IMG/VR virus record: IMGVR_UViG_3300025162_000050
Span: 6,838-70,837 of that record
Length of the DNA stretch: 64,000 bases
Direction: 5' to 3' (one strand)
Source: a virus
A model generated the notes under the pieces. The model was not told the origin of the DNA and made no database searches. It saw only the letters and a program-made list of their open reading frames with translations. Of the stretch, positions 9,901 to 23,300 are shown piece by piece (within the stretch, counting starts at the first letter, position 1; the number at the start of each line of letters is the position of its first letter). A program made the position numbers and the translations under genes.

Positions 9901-12568
9901 ATATGGGACTGACCCAAATCTATATATAGAAATAATGGCAAATGGTGATACGTGAGATTATCATGATATTAATCACTACGGAACCAGTCCAAATGAATCA
10001 CAAGGATCTGTTGGAGCTATGAATGGCGATTTTGAAAGAGACTTCTTTTTCGTGGATAGAAATATGGTTAATTTTTGAAGTCCAGAATTAATTTATAACG
10101 GAGACGTTGTAAACACTTATATGCCATCGGTATCAAAGGTTGGATTATATGGATTTGCATTTGAGTCTGGGGCTTCTTTTTCGTTTAAGATAGATTCTGG
10201 CAATATTGACAAAATAACTGGAACCCATAATATATCAATTTCTAACCCCAACTACAATGTTGGTAATTTAATAATGGATTCGTTTCCAAAGAGATTGTAT
10301 GCAGATATAGGTGTAACCGGTATTGGAGGAGGTGGTGGTTTTAACGAAACTGATTACCCCCCATATGGACATTGTATTCCTATATGAAGTCCCGCAAACT
10401 ATTACGCCTATATAAATCGAAGAACATATCATAAGTCAACCCAGACAGACATTGATTTTACCGAAATGAATAAATCTGGATCTAAATACTTTGGAGTTAA
10501 TATTACTTTATCTAATAATCAATCGTGTTTTTTTGACATAAATAAACCATTATTTGTCTATAATGATTCCAGTACATATTATAATTCAAATATAAATGAC
10601 TATTCAGTTAATTCTGGATTAATAATATATGGGAAAAATGTAAGTAAGTCATATCCATCAAATACGTATTTTAATACTCTTAGAAGTTGCGCATCTCCAT
10701 GACAATTAAAGTATGCTGTTTCTCCAGATAAAAATCCACATAGTTTAGAAGAACATCCAGGCATTACTAGGGGAATGGAAATTAAATACAACACTGCATC
10801 ACATGTCTTGTTTTCATTTAAAGCGGATAATAATGGATATTTTCAGTGCCTACCAAGATTACAAAACAATTCTGGAGATATCGTAAATGAACTTGTTAGT
10901 GGTCAGTCAGAATGGTATGGAGGTTCAAGAAATTATCAAACAAAAGTACTTAGTAGGAATTTATATACGAATGATTTACCATCTATATCAAACGAATCAT
11001 CTGTAAATTCAGTTCCAATATTTGACCTATATACTGGTAATCCTTCAGATAAGGATGACAGTAGATATGGGGGAAAGGAAAGATATTCTATATTAGGGAA
11101 TAATTGAATTTCGTGTGGAGATCCGATTGCCATTAGTTCTGCTGGAACAGTATTAAATTTTACAGAAGGTGATACTTACTTGCAAAGATTTGACTTGTTA
11201 AGAGTCTTTCCTAATGATATATTGCAAATTCCACAACACACTGAAATTATATCCTTTATATGCGAATCATTTATAAATCTCGATGGAAGGTGCGATGTCA
11301 ATAGATATAATAATGATAGTTCTATGATGACTCCAACTAGCTATGGATTATTTAATTCTGTATATTCTCAAAAAAACAATTACTTTAATTACGACGTATT
11401 AGACCCATTGTTATTTAACACAACAGAATTCAGTAATACTATAATTTGAAGTAAGACTAAAGTTACTGGAGCTATAAATGATACTTGAACAAACTTAAAT
11501 ATGTTGAGCTCAATCGACTTAGATGGAGTATATGGAGAAGTATCTTCAATAAACCTATTTAATAACGATTTGTACGCACTTCAACCTAAAGGTGTAGCTA
11601 GACTACTATTCAATGAGAGAGTTCAACAGCAATCCTCTGATGGAGTGTCAGTAGAACTTACTAATGGATATAAAGTTCCTGAGTATAGATATATATCAAA
11701 TCAATATGGCTGTAATAATAAGTGATCAATAGTTGAGGGCAAGGGAGGTATTTATTTTGTAGACTATATTAATAAGTCACTAATATCTATTGGTGATGGA
11801 TTAAAAGATATTGGTTCTGCCGCTGGATTTAAATCATGGTTCAACGAGAATACTTTAAATAAAAACTATACATTATCTTATGATAGAATTAATAGTGATT
11901 TATATATTCACGATGAAACTAATTGTTTAAACTACTCAGAGGTATTACAATCATTTGTATCATTTTATGATTATATAAATGTTCCTCAAATGAGAAATGT
12001 ATGGGATAATTTCATTTCTATAAGTTACAGCAATACAGAAGGTGTTGTTAATCAATTACTATCTAAAGATAATTCTAATTTAATATCAAGCGAGTCAAAT
12101 AGTCAATTGGTTTCAGAAGATTCTGATTTAAATAGGTCTATGATATGATTACATAACAAAGGTAATTATAATGAGTTTTATGGAAATCAAAAGCCATTCT
12201 CTATTGAATATCTATTAAATCCAGACCCACTAAATGATAAAACATTTAATACCTTTGAATATAGATTAAACGACCAATTTATTGATTGGAATAATCTTGA
12301 AGTAACTAATTGGTATCAATATGGAGAACTCAACGATAGGCAGTATTTAAACAGCCTTAAACGCAAGTTTAACGTCAATAGGGTACAACTACCAAGACAA
12401 TCTAAAACACTTGATAATTCAACTGGATTAATCAATTTAGATACACGCAACTCGTTAAATAGAATACGTTCTACATGGGCTAAATTAAAATTATCTCATA
12501 ATGTAACAGATACTAATATCAATAAGAAGTTTGATATGCAAGATTTGACTGTAACCTATACAGTTTAA
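6908..12568 (+). CDS. tail stabilization/muzzle protein, 1886 aa, 15 TGA=Trp codons
   Basis: One frame from ATG 6908 to TAA 12566 with no TAA/TAG inside. TGA at 6989, 7799, 8471, 8693, 9488, 9503, 9953, 10076, 10385, 10700, 11105, 11447, 11486, 11723 and 12146. Contexts include KVY[W]IDGVNQ.R.INI, GR[W]SNPI[W]LG, II[W]SKTK, DT[W]T and GCNNK[W]SI; EGDTYLQRFD is also present. Confidence 0.9.
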
Positions 12569-12576
12569 AATAAGAG

Positions 12577-12614
12577 AACCTATATATAATTTATTTGTAT
12601 ATAGGTTTTTTTTT
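12577..12614 (+). terminator. intrinsic terminator
   Basis: AACCTATATA...TATATAGGTT stem followed by a long T-run, directly after the muzzle TAA. Confidence 0.7.
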
Positions 12615-12622
12615 GTTATATA

Positions 12623-12654
12623 TTTGGTAGTCTGAAATATTTACTTTACCTTTG
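12623..12654 (+). promoter_or_regulatory. Bacteroidota primary-sigma type promoter
   Basis: TTTG (12623-12626), a 20-nt spacer, then TACCTTTG (12647-12654). Shares GTAGTCTG in the spacer with the 3785 promoter. Confidence 0.75.
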
Positions 12655-12713
12655 TCAAGATTTATAAAATTTTGACAAAAATCAATTTAAAACAACAATA
12701 TAAATGCTTAATT

Positions 12714-15428
12714 ATGGCAAAAAAGAAATTAAATAAATTTGTAGTTCCACAAGAATATAATCAATCGGTTGTATTTGCAAAAGGTGGTAACTTATACACT
12801 ACTGGTGGTTTACCAACCAACTTTAAAGAATCTGCTGCTGGACAGTTTGCTTCTGGTGATTTTGGTGCTGGAATGTCTGGTGCTTTAGGTGCAGTTCCTG
12901 GAGTCATTGGATTAATGAATAGTACTATGAAAGACTTTGATATGTCAGGTATTGGCAAGGAAGTTGTTGGAACTAATGATATGTCACGTAATGACATACT
13001 AAACACCAATGTAAATGTTGATACCCAACAAAAAGGTGTAGGTGCTATTGCAGGAGATGCAGCTAGTGCTGCTATGGCTGGTATGCAAGTCGCTGGACCA
13101 TGAGGAGCTCTTGCTGGATTAGTTCCAATAGCTACTGGAATCTTTGGTAATAGTCAAAAGGAGCAAAAAGCTAAACAGGATGAACAACAATGAACCAATA
13201 ACTTACAAGCAAAGAATAGACAATTTCAACAACAAGATTTAAGAACAAGTATGGCTAATTTTAGTGCAAATGGTGGAGACTTATTTGCTTATGGTGGACA
13301 AATGCCACAGCAATTAACTGAGTTCAACACTTCAGGCACGCATGAGCAAAACCCTAATGGTGGTATCATGCAAGGTACTGGAGCTAACGGTCAACCTAAT
13401 CTGGTAGAGCAAGGCGAAACTAAACATGAAGATTATATATTTTCTGATAGACTTAAAGTTAATCCAACAATAACTAAACAGTTTAAATTACCAGCAGGGT
13501 TAAATGGCAAGACATTTGCTGCTGCATCTAAATATTTAAATAAAGAAGCTAAGGAACGTCCTAATGATCCTATTAGTAACAATGCAGTAAAAGCACAGTT
13601 AGCTAAACTTATTGCTGCTCAAGAGGGTTTAAAACAACAAATGCAACCTCAACAACAACAAGGCATTCCAATGCAAGGTCAACAACCAATGCAACAGAAT
13701 CCTATGCAAGCGCAACAGTTGCAACAACCACAAGTACAGTCTCAGGAAAATATAATGGAAGATGGTTCCCAGCAGATGAAATATGGCGGATACAAACCAA
13801 GACATGCAAGTACTCCACAGCATAAATCCCAACAAATGATGCAACAAATTCAACAAATGATTCAACAAGGTGCATCTCAAGAAGATGTTGAAATGCAACT
13901 TCAAAAATCAGGTATGAATGCTGACCAAGCAGAGCAATTAGTAATGTCAGCAATGCAACAAATGAAAGGTAAACAATCTCAATCACAATCACAGCAACAA
14001 GGCATACCCATGGATGGTCAGCAGTTTGCTCAAGGAGGAAATGTGCAAAAACAACAGCAACAGCAACAAATGCAGCAAGTTGTTCAGGCAGTTGCACAAA
14101 TGATACAACAAGGTTTAGATCCACAAAAGATAGTTCAACAACTTATCAAAATGGGTATTCCGCAACAAGCGGCAATGCAACTAGTACAACAAGAAGAACA
14201 GCAATTTCAACAACAAGATCAATCACAACAACAACAACCACAGACTCAGAACCCACAGCAACAACAAGGAATTCCATCAGAACAACCACAACAAATGGCT
14301 AATGGTGGTGAAATTCATATTAAAAAAGGTCACGAAGGAAGATTTACTGCATACAAGAAACGTACTGGTAAAACTACAACTGAAGCACTACATTCCAAAG
14401 ATCCACATGTTAGGAAGATGGCGAACTTCGCAAGAAATGCTGCTAAGTGACATGGAGATGGTGGAGACTTATATTCTAATGGAGGAGAATTAGACCAAAC
14501 TCATTATCAAAACCCAACATTACAAGGTGTTAATATAGGTGCGATGGGTGGAAATATATTTGCAGATGGAGATTTTATGGATATGCAAGATAAAAAAAGA
14601 AGTGATGTTTTTACTAATATATATGACCAAGCACCTTATATTCAAAAATTACCAATTGTTTTAAATGCAACATCACCTACAGGTTCTACTGAATCAAAAT
14701 ATATTCAACAACAAAACGCTTTAGGAAATAAAATTGCTGGTCAAGATGCATATGTAAATTCATTTCTACAGTCAAATGTTTCAAAATCAAATCCAACAGA
14801 TAATACTACTGACTTTTCAAGATACGCACCAGCCGCCGCAAATATAGCAATGGGTATTAGTGATATATTTGAACAACCAGAAGTAGTTAAGTATGGTAGA
14901 GTAAATCCAGAGCGCAATACTGCACATATGGATTATCAACCAATAGATACTGAATGGATGAATAATAAAATGAATGCTACTTATGCTGGAACTAGAGACC
15001 AAATGATTAATAATGCAGGTGGTAATAGGGCAGCAGCAATGGCAGGTCTATCTGGTATCAATCAACAACAACAAAATGCAGTTGGCGAATCATACTTGAA
15101 AGCTCAAGATGCCAACTATCAAAGACGCAATCAAGCAACTCAATTTAATGCTGCTATTGAAGGTCAGAATGTGGCTGCACAAAATGCTGCACAGCAACAA
15201 AACCTACAATTGCAAATGGCTGAGTTAGATGCTAATGCTCGTAATAGGGCTGCTAAGCGTAATGCTGCAAGACAAGCAATTTTAAATGCTGCTGGAAATA
15301 TCGGTGATATAGGTAAGGAAAATTATGCAGCTAAAGTTGCAAAGAATGTATATGGTTATGACCAATATGGAAATTTCGTAACACAGGATGGTAAAAAATA
15401 TGATAAATCAGGTAAACTAATAGGATAA
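12714..15428 (+). CDS. virion cargo/ejection protein, 904 aa, Q-rich, 3 TGA=Trp
   Basis: Joins three track ORFs through TGA 13101 (AGP[W]GA), 13191 and 14448 (ANFARNAAK[W]H). Contains GTHEQNPNGG, LVEQGET, YIFSDRL and NAGGNRA motifs. Confidence 0.85.
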
Positions 15429-17332
15429 TGAGTATAAATGCTTACGATCAAATAAATTATTCTCAATATAAACCTCTTTCAATGCAAGAAATCTGAGCAC
15501 CAGCGCAAGAAATGCGTAGGCAACATGATCAATTACAAGAGGAGTATTCACAGCAGGAGCAACAAGGTTCATTATCATTACTTGGTATAGATAAAAACCT
15601 TGATAAGAATGCTTATGATATTCAACAAAACTTTATAAATAAAACTAAAGAGGCTGCTGATTTATTAGCAACCAAAGGAGTTATTGATTCTGGTAGACGT
15701 AGACAGTTATCAGAACTTAAATCAATGTATGCTCAACAAGTAGTTCCGCTTCAAAACGCTTTAACTCAAAGAAGTCAACGTGCTGAAGAATATAGAAAAC
15801 TTGGAATGGATAAAAACAATATTCTAGGAGTAAATCCAAATAATATTGCACTAACAGATATTGTTGGTAATCCAAAATCTTTAGATTATAAATTCCTTAG
15901 TGGAACTCAAATGGCAAAAGATGTGGCTAATGAAGCTAAACAATTTGCTGATAGATTTGACAATAAAGATATTAAAGATTATGGTGCTAAAGTTGGATTC
16001 AATCATCTTCTTGCAATACGGCAAGGAGTTGACCCAACAACGGTATTGGCTGCTATGAAAAATGACCCTAAAGTTATGGGTACTGAGGGTGGTAAAAAAG
16101 TATATGACCAATTAGTTGGTATAGTGAATTCTGTTACCGATAGGTATGGATTAAAAGATATAGCCACAACTCCAGAAGAATACAATAGAGGATGGCAAAT
16201 AGCATCATCTGGATTATCAGAAGCTATTGGAAAGGTAACACCGATGCAAATGCATGATGATAAGGATGCTTATAATTTTGAACATCCTAAAGTTTCAGAA
16301 AATTATGATCCATTAGATAATACGGGTAGGCAAGTAATTACTTCCGAGGGAAGAATTGTTAATGATCTATATTCTGGATTAACTCCAAACTTTGACAAAT
16401 CTGGAAATGTTATTGATTATACAGTTAAAGATTCAAAACAAATGGAGACATCTTATAATAATCCATACGGTGGATTATCAAAAAATAGAAATCAAGTTTT
16501 AGGTGAAAGTACATCCAATATAAAAGAATTAAATCAAAAACAATCATCTATAAAACAATTAATTTCTGAATATAGAGAAACAAAGCCAGAATTAACCGGT
16601 AAAAAGACAGACGAACAAGTTTGGACAGGAATGAAGGCTGATTTAGAAGGGGTGAAGATGGCTTCTCAAAAAATGAATCATACATTTACCTCCGTTAAAG
16701 ATCCAGATGTTTCTAATGCAGTTATAAATGATATATTTGTAACAAATTCTCCAGGAGCAAAAGTATTTAGATATGGAAAAGACTATAGTAATGATACTGA
16801 AACCGGTTATGATTTAGGTAAATTTGCAAAAGAACTTGGAGCAACACCAGTTGAATTAGCTGCTTGGCTTAAAAAGACTGGTCAAAAAACATCGTTAATA
16901 AACGAGAGTAGCGCATATGGATATTGGTTTCCTAAAAAGTTTACAAAAGATAAACAAGGAGATTTAGTTCCAGCTTCAGATGATATAGTTGAAGTTGGTG
17001 TTGCAAGTAATCCTGGTCAGAGCAATTCCATTCAGGCTATAGAAAAGATTAAAAAAGCAAAATGGAGTTCTGAAAAGAAAGAAGTTGTTTTAAATCCAGG
17101 AGAAAATGCTGTATATGATAGAAATTCTGGAGCATGAGTAGTTGAAACATATGATCCAAAATCAGATGTTGTTAAAAGAAAATATTTCAAGGATGAGAAT
17201 CAAAAAGAATTTCTTGGATATGGAAAAGATAATGTATCTTCAGATGAATATAGATCTATAAAAAACTCAAGAATTATAAATAATTTAACAAAACTTCATT
17301 TTGATATAAATAATCAAAACGATAAAAAATAA
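15428..17332 (+). CDS. putative virion cargo protein, 634 aa, 2 TGA=Trp
   Basis: TAATG-coupled ATG at 15428. TGA at 15494 (PLSMQEI[W]AP) and 17135. Ends at TAA 17330-17332, just before the next ATG. Confidence 0.8.
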
Positions 17333-17335
17333 TAA

Positions 17336-20300
17336 ATGGGACAGGAATTATATGACAAGACACTGGATCTATATGTAGATCCAATAGATAATATGAAATA
17401 TCAAAATAAAAACATTAAAAACATTCCAGTTGATAATGAGTTTAAAAAGTTTGATATTTCATTTGATGCATGGAATCAAGATCCAAGACGTCAAGAAGCT
17501 GTTGGACAGTACTTTAATAAAGATATACATGATAATTATATAGAAAGAGAGAATGTTACTCCAGAAGACTTGGGTGACTTAAATGAGGTTCAATATAGAA
17601 ATCAATCCACTGGAGAGGCATGGTTAAATGGATTCACAAGTAGAGCATTATCAATAATTCCAAAAACATTAAACATGCCTGGTGTTGTTGGTGGTTTTGC
17701 TGCAACAGTTGGTGATTATCTATTAGACTCATTAGATCCAGATAAAACAAGTAACTGGGCTAAATCGCTAGATTATACTTACAATAATTTTTGGGTAAAT
17801 GCAATGCAATCCATTGATACTGGATTAAGAGATGTAATGCCAGTATTTGGTAGTAAGAATAGTTATGGCTCTCCAAGTCTTATAAAGAATATGGGTTCTG
17901 CTAAATTTTGGGCAGAGGATATGTTGGACGGTCTTGCTTTTACCGCATCTGCTATGATTCCTGGAGCTGGCATAGCTAAAGGATTACAAGCAATGGAATT
18001 AGCTGGGAAAGCTAGTGGGTTATTTAAAGGGGCTACAGCATTAGCCAATTTAGGAAAGGGAACAGAAGCTCTTACCGAAGTTGAAAAAGCAGCAGAAGGA
18101 GTTGACTTTTTAACAGAAGCACTTACCACTGGAGTCAATACAATTAATGAATCTGCATTAGAAGCGTATGGAGCAGTAAAGGGTTTAGATGAAAATGAGT
18201 CTAAAAAAACTATTTTAAAAAATGACCCAACACTAAATAAGGCAGCTACTAGAATAGGGCAACTTCAAAAGCAATATCAATCCTTACCAGATGAATTGCC
18301 ATTTACCACTAGTGAAGGAATAGTAATTCCAACTAAAAAAATGTTACTTGCCAAACAAATAGAAGATGAAACTTCTACTTTGGAAAGTGATCTTAATGAC
18401 AAATGAAAAGAACATAAGGGTAAAGTTGGATTAAATGTATTCAATTGGAATAATGTGGTTCTTATTGCGCCAGATTATTTACAGTCTAAATTATTCACTA
18501 AATCATTTGGACAAGCTGAACGAGCAATAACTGGAAGTTTAGAAGAGGGTGGTGAAAAAGCTATAAAAGGATCTCTACTTAAAACCGCCGCAAAAGAATT
18601 TGGCATTGGTACATTAAGGGAAGGTTTTTGGGAAGAAAATGTTCAACAGGGAATACAAGACTATTACGGAAGTCAACTATATAACAAAAGAAGAATAGAT
18701 AATGATGACATAAGTTTTGTTGATGGACTTATGAAATTTGGAGAAGACGATATTGCTGCTGTTGGTAAAAACATGGGTAAAAACATATCCGAATTAATAC
18801 AAGGTGCTGGAACTGAAGGTGCTAAATCAATATTTCTTGGAGCTGCTTCTGGTGGTATGACTTCAGCCGTATTTGGAATGCAACAACAATTTCATGATAA
18901 TAAAAATGCTAAACTTGAAGCAGCAAAATGGGAAGATGTAAAGAAGTGGTCAAACAATGCTACATCACAATTTTTTGATGGATATAGAAATCTACTTGAT
19001 AAGGATGGAAATATATCTATGGAAAATATGATTAAGACATTAACCTATACTAATCAAGATAAATCATCAATAGATAAAGACCAAATGGCTTTATTAACAG
19101 GTAATAATGTTGTTGGTTCATTACTTAAAAATGATGAATTAGCAAAACGTTTTTATCAACAAATAGTTGGTTTAAATCAAGGAAAGTTTAATAGTCAAGA
19201 AGAAGCAGTAGAAGTACTAAAGAAAAATATAGAACAATTAAAGTCTGGTGAAAACGTAGATGAGGATACAGTCAAAAATGTTGATTTCTTTTTATCTAAA
19301 ATAGATAAACTATCTGAAAACTGGACTAAAGCAAATAAACAAATAGATTCTTTAATAGATGATAAACATGAAAATTCAAATAACTATAAAGATTTATTAG
19401 CAAAGACTTTATTCTTTGGAATGAATAAACTCAATGAGATTGATTCTATTCTAAAAGAAAATGAAGGTAAACTATCTAAAAAACAAATACAGTCATTTGA
19501 AGACATGAAGTCATCAATATCTGACTCAATGGAGTTGTTTAAAACCCAAGAAAGTTTAAAAGATATGTCAGATGAATTTCATCGTTCAGCAAATCTATCT
19601 ACTGACTTTAGAAATAAAGCTAAAGAAGAACTTAAAAAACCTGAGTCTGAAAGAAATAATGATTTAATAAATGATTTAAACTATCAGGCTGATGAGATAG
19701 ATGAAATATCTGGCGGATACAACGGTAGTCTTACATATGGATTCGACTCATTCAAGATGTCGTTAAGTCCAACCGATGTTATCAATAGAAAAAACCTAGG
19801 ATTAAGAGATAGATATTTCTATGATATTGGAATGGATGCTTTATCAAAGAATAGACTTAACGATTTATTAAAGAGTAAAGATTCATCAATAGATGATATT
19901 GTTTCGTTTGTAAAAAGTGAGGCAATGCATTATATCACTGAGTCCGATAAAAATAGAATTAAAAAGTCTTTAGGACTTAAACTAAAACAAATAGAAGACA
20001 CTTCTGAAGCTCAAAAAGACTTAACGGAGGCAATGGTTAATGCTGGATTAGAGTTTAATGATATGGATATGATTGTAAAATCAAAAAACATTAAACCAAC
20101 CGCAGAATATGAAGCTAAGACTAAAGAAGAAAAGAAGGAATATCTTGATTTTATTGATTCATTAAATAATGAAATAAACAACTCTGGAGATAGACTTAAA
20201 GAGTCTATGAAGCTAGTTGATGATGTTGATAGGGTTTATGCTGAAAGACAAAAAGAACGAACTGAATATCTTGGAGCAGAAGAAAATGCTCATGATGATA

Positions 20301-23300
20301 GTTTCGTTACTAATCTACGCAAAAGAATAGCTAATGAGTTTCTTAGAAAGACCCAAGCATTATCTAAAAATATTAGTGAAGATGATTCATTCTCAAATAT
20401 AGATCTATTAAACAAATTAATTAAAGAACTTAATAGTAGAATTAGTGTTTTCACTAATGGTGAATTTCACAAAGATTTGATTAGTGGTTATTCAGATAAG
20501 TTGGTAAAACTTAGAGATGAAATAGAATCCTATAAGAATAAAGCCGAATTAAATAAAAACAATAAAGCAGAATTAGATGAGCGTGTGAAACGTGATAATA
20601 ACAATTCACATATGAATGCGCTAGGTTTATCTTTAAATGGTATGAAAGTGTCTATTATGGATAAAAGTCTTGTAGATGCGATTAAATCAATCGTAGGGGA
20701 TGCTTTGTGGAATGAGTTAATATCAGGTTTAGAGACTGATGGAAAGCTAGGTGATTCTATCTTTGTAGATAGATTTATATCTAAAATATCAGAAGCAGAC
20801 AAAATAAAAGTTATTGATACTATCAATAAAAATAATGATTCTGTTAAGACCGAATTGAAGAATATCTTTGATTCATATATTGAAAATAATGTAAATAAAG
20901 CTAAGGAAAAAATTGTTCAAAAGAATTATCTAAATTCATTCTTAGAGAATCCTGAAAGATGTTTATTTGGATTATTCTCAAGGCTTAAAAGTGATGGTAA
21001 AATAATACTTAAAGTTTCGACAGAAAAATCTACAAATAATAAGAAAAGTATTTTAGATAAGTTCTTAGTCGATAATAACCTTGAGTTATTTTTAGAAAAT
21101 GTAGAATTAGATACAACCGAATTAAATGATTCTGACAGAGGGTTTATAAAAGGACTTCTTGAAAAATTAATTAAGGTTAGAAACTCTGCAATCATATCTG
21201 AGTCATTGTCAACAAGTTCTAATATGAAGAATTTCGTTGAGACTGAAGATAAATTAGCTAAAGAAAATCAAGGTGGTATAGCCCCATCGAATCAACAAAG
21301 AGATATTCTTAAACGAATATTTAAATGGTTTGGTTTAAATGACATTGATAAATCTAATGGATACTCTTCTATATTATTATGTAATGGAATAGCTGGCACT
21401 GGTAAAACAACAGTAATAGCTAAATTGTTATTTAAGATACTTGCTAGAACAAATAACATTGATGTAAATAAAAATGTTACAGTTGTTGGTAGTAATAAAA
21501 ATATAGCTGAATCATTAGCTAAGAATCTATCAAAGAAAAATGATTCTGGTGTTTATAGTTTTGAAGAGTTTCTATCAAGTACAATCAGTTCTGATTCTAA
21601 AATTATAGTCTTTGACGAAATAGGTACTTTGGATTTAAGTGATATTAACAGACTGAAAGAAAAGATTGAGGATATAAATAAGAATAGAGACCAAAATAAC
21701 TTAATAAAAGTATTAGGTCTTGGAGATCCAAATCAGGTTAGAGATACAACATCGGATATCAAATCATTCTTTGTAGAGCAGATACCTGACCAATCATTTG
21801 AGTCTAGCAAAATAAAATCATTACCATCATTAATAGTTCAATATAGAAGTGATATTGATGCAATAAATGATGCTGCTGATGCTTTTAGTGGTCGTGCTAC
21901 TTATCCTCAATTTGTAATTGCTAAAGCTAGCACAGAATTAGATTCCACTAAAGATAATCCAAAAGGTGTTCATGCTGTAAAATCATTAGAGCAATTTGCT
22001 AAGAGAATTTCTATAGCACTAAAAGGTAATCGTGATGGTGGCAGAATTACTGTTGGATATAATACCGAAAACGAACTAGCAAGTCTCAAGTCAGCGATAA
22101 GTGCAGAGGACCAAACCAAATGTGATTTCAAACATTTCACGGAAATACAAGGTAGTACTCTTGACCAGATATTTATATATGTATTAAAGAATGGTGTTAC
22201 CAATCCAGTTCATGGAGGTTTAGCGGAGGTTGTTAAGTCAAGGTATAATGCTATAATGTATATGTTATTATCTAGGCCTAAAGAATATGCTTGTGTATAT
22301 AACGAAGATAATACCTTTACTCAGGAAGTAGATTCATTCTCAATGGAAAGTAAGACTACCCAAAACGTAGAGCAGATGCTTAAGGCAAAAGAACAATACA
22401 CTAATATTGTTAGTTCTGAATCTGCAATTATGGGTAATAAAAAAACTACTTCAAAGAAAACTACAACTCCAAAAGAAGAAACTGTAGAACCCATAATAGT
22501 TCCAACAGAAACTACTAAGGATGATGAAGACTTTGAGCAAAAAGATTTTGAAGATGACGAAGAAGATGCTACTAAAGAAATTGAAAAGATTGAGAAAGTA
22601 GAGTCTAAAATAAATTCTAAAGCAGACGCAGCAGAAGCAGCAGCAGCGGAAGAAGCTAAGAAAGAATTAGTAAGTGATGATGCTTTAAATCCAAATGCAG
22701 AACATATTTCAATAGAAAACACTACTAGTGATACAATTAAATCGTCTGGTATTAAAGCTGGAGATGAGTTGACTGTAAATAAAATGACTTCTAAGGGTAA
22801 AACCATATGGGGTTTATTTGCTAAAGTTGGGAATGTTTATCATCATGTAGCTAGTCTAAGTACTAAGGAGGCTTTAGCTCTTGGGTTGCAGGAGTCTGAT
22901 TTTGAGAAAGGCTCTGTAATACAAAATGCAGATGGTATTTATAAGGCAAAAGATGTTGAAAATACATTCGCTTTAAAGGATGGCAATCAAATTAAAATGG
23001 TTGTATCTAAAGACCCAACTACACTTACAATAAAGTATGACCAAACCGCACCAATGTCTGGTAGTGGTTTTATTAGCGACGTAATAGCTTCTATGGCAGT
23101 TGCATTTAATAAAGTGAAGAAGAGTTCAATTGTTCAAATGTTCTTGCCTACAACGAAGAATATGGGCCCTGGACAACAGTATTCTCATCTTCCATTGAGA
23201 TTAGGAGTTCCTTATCTAATTGTAAAACTACCAGGCCTTAAAGAAATGTATGTTAGACTAGAGCCTAAGACTTTTAATTCTAAATCATCTTGGAATACAT

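Noticed and set aside
13633-14295. CAA-rich repeats as a CRISPR array or non-coding satellite
   Set aside because: They encode in-frame polyQ and have no constant repeat-spacer periodicity. I saw no CRISPR array anywhere in the window.
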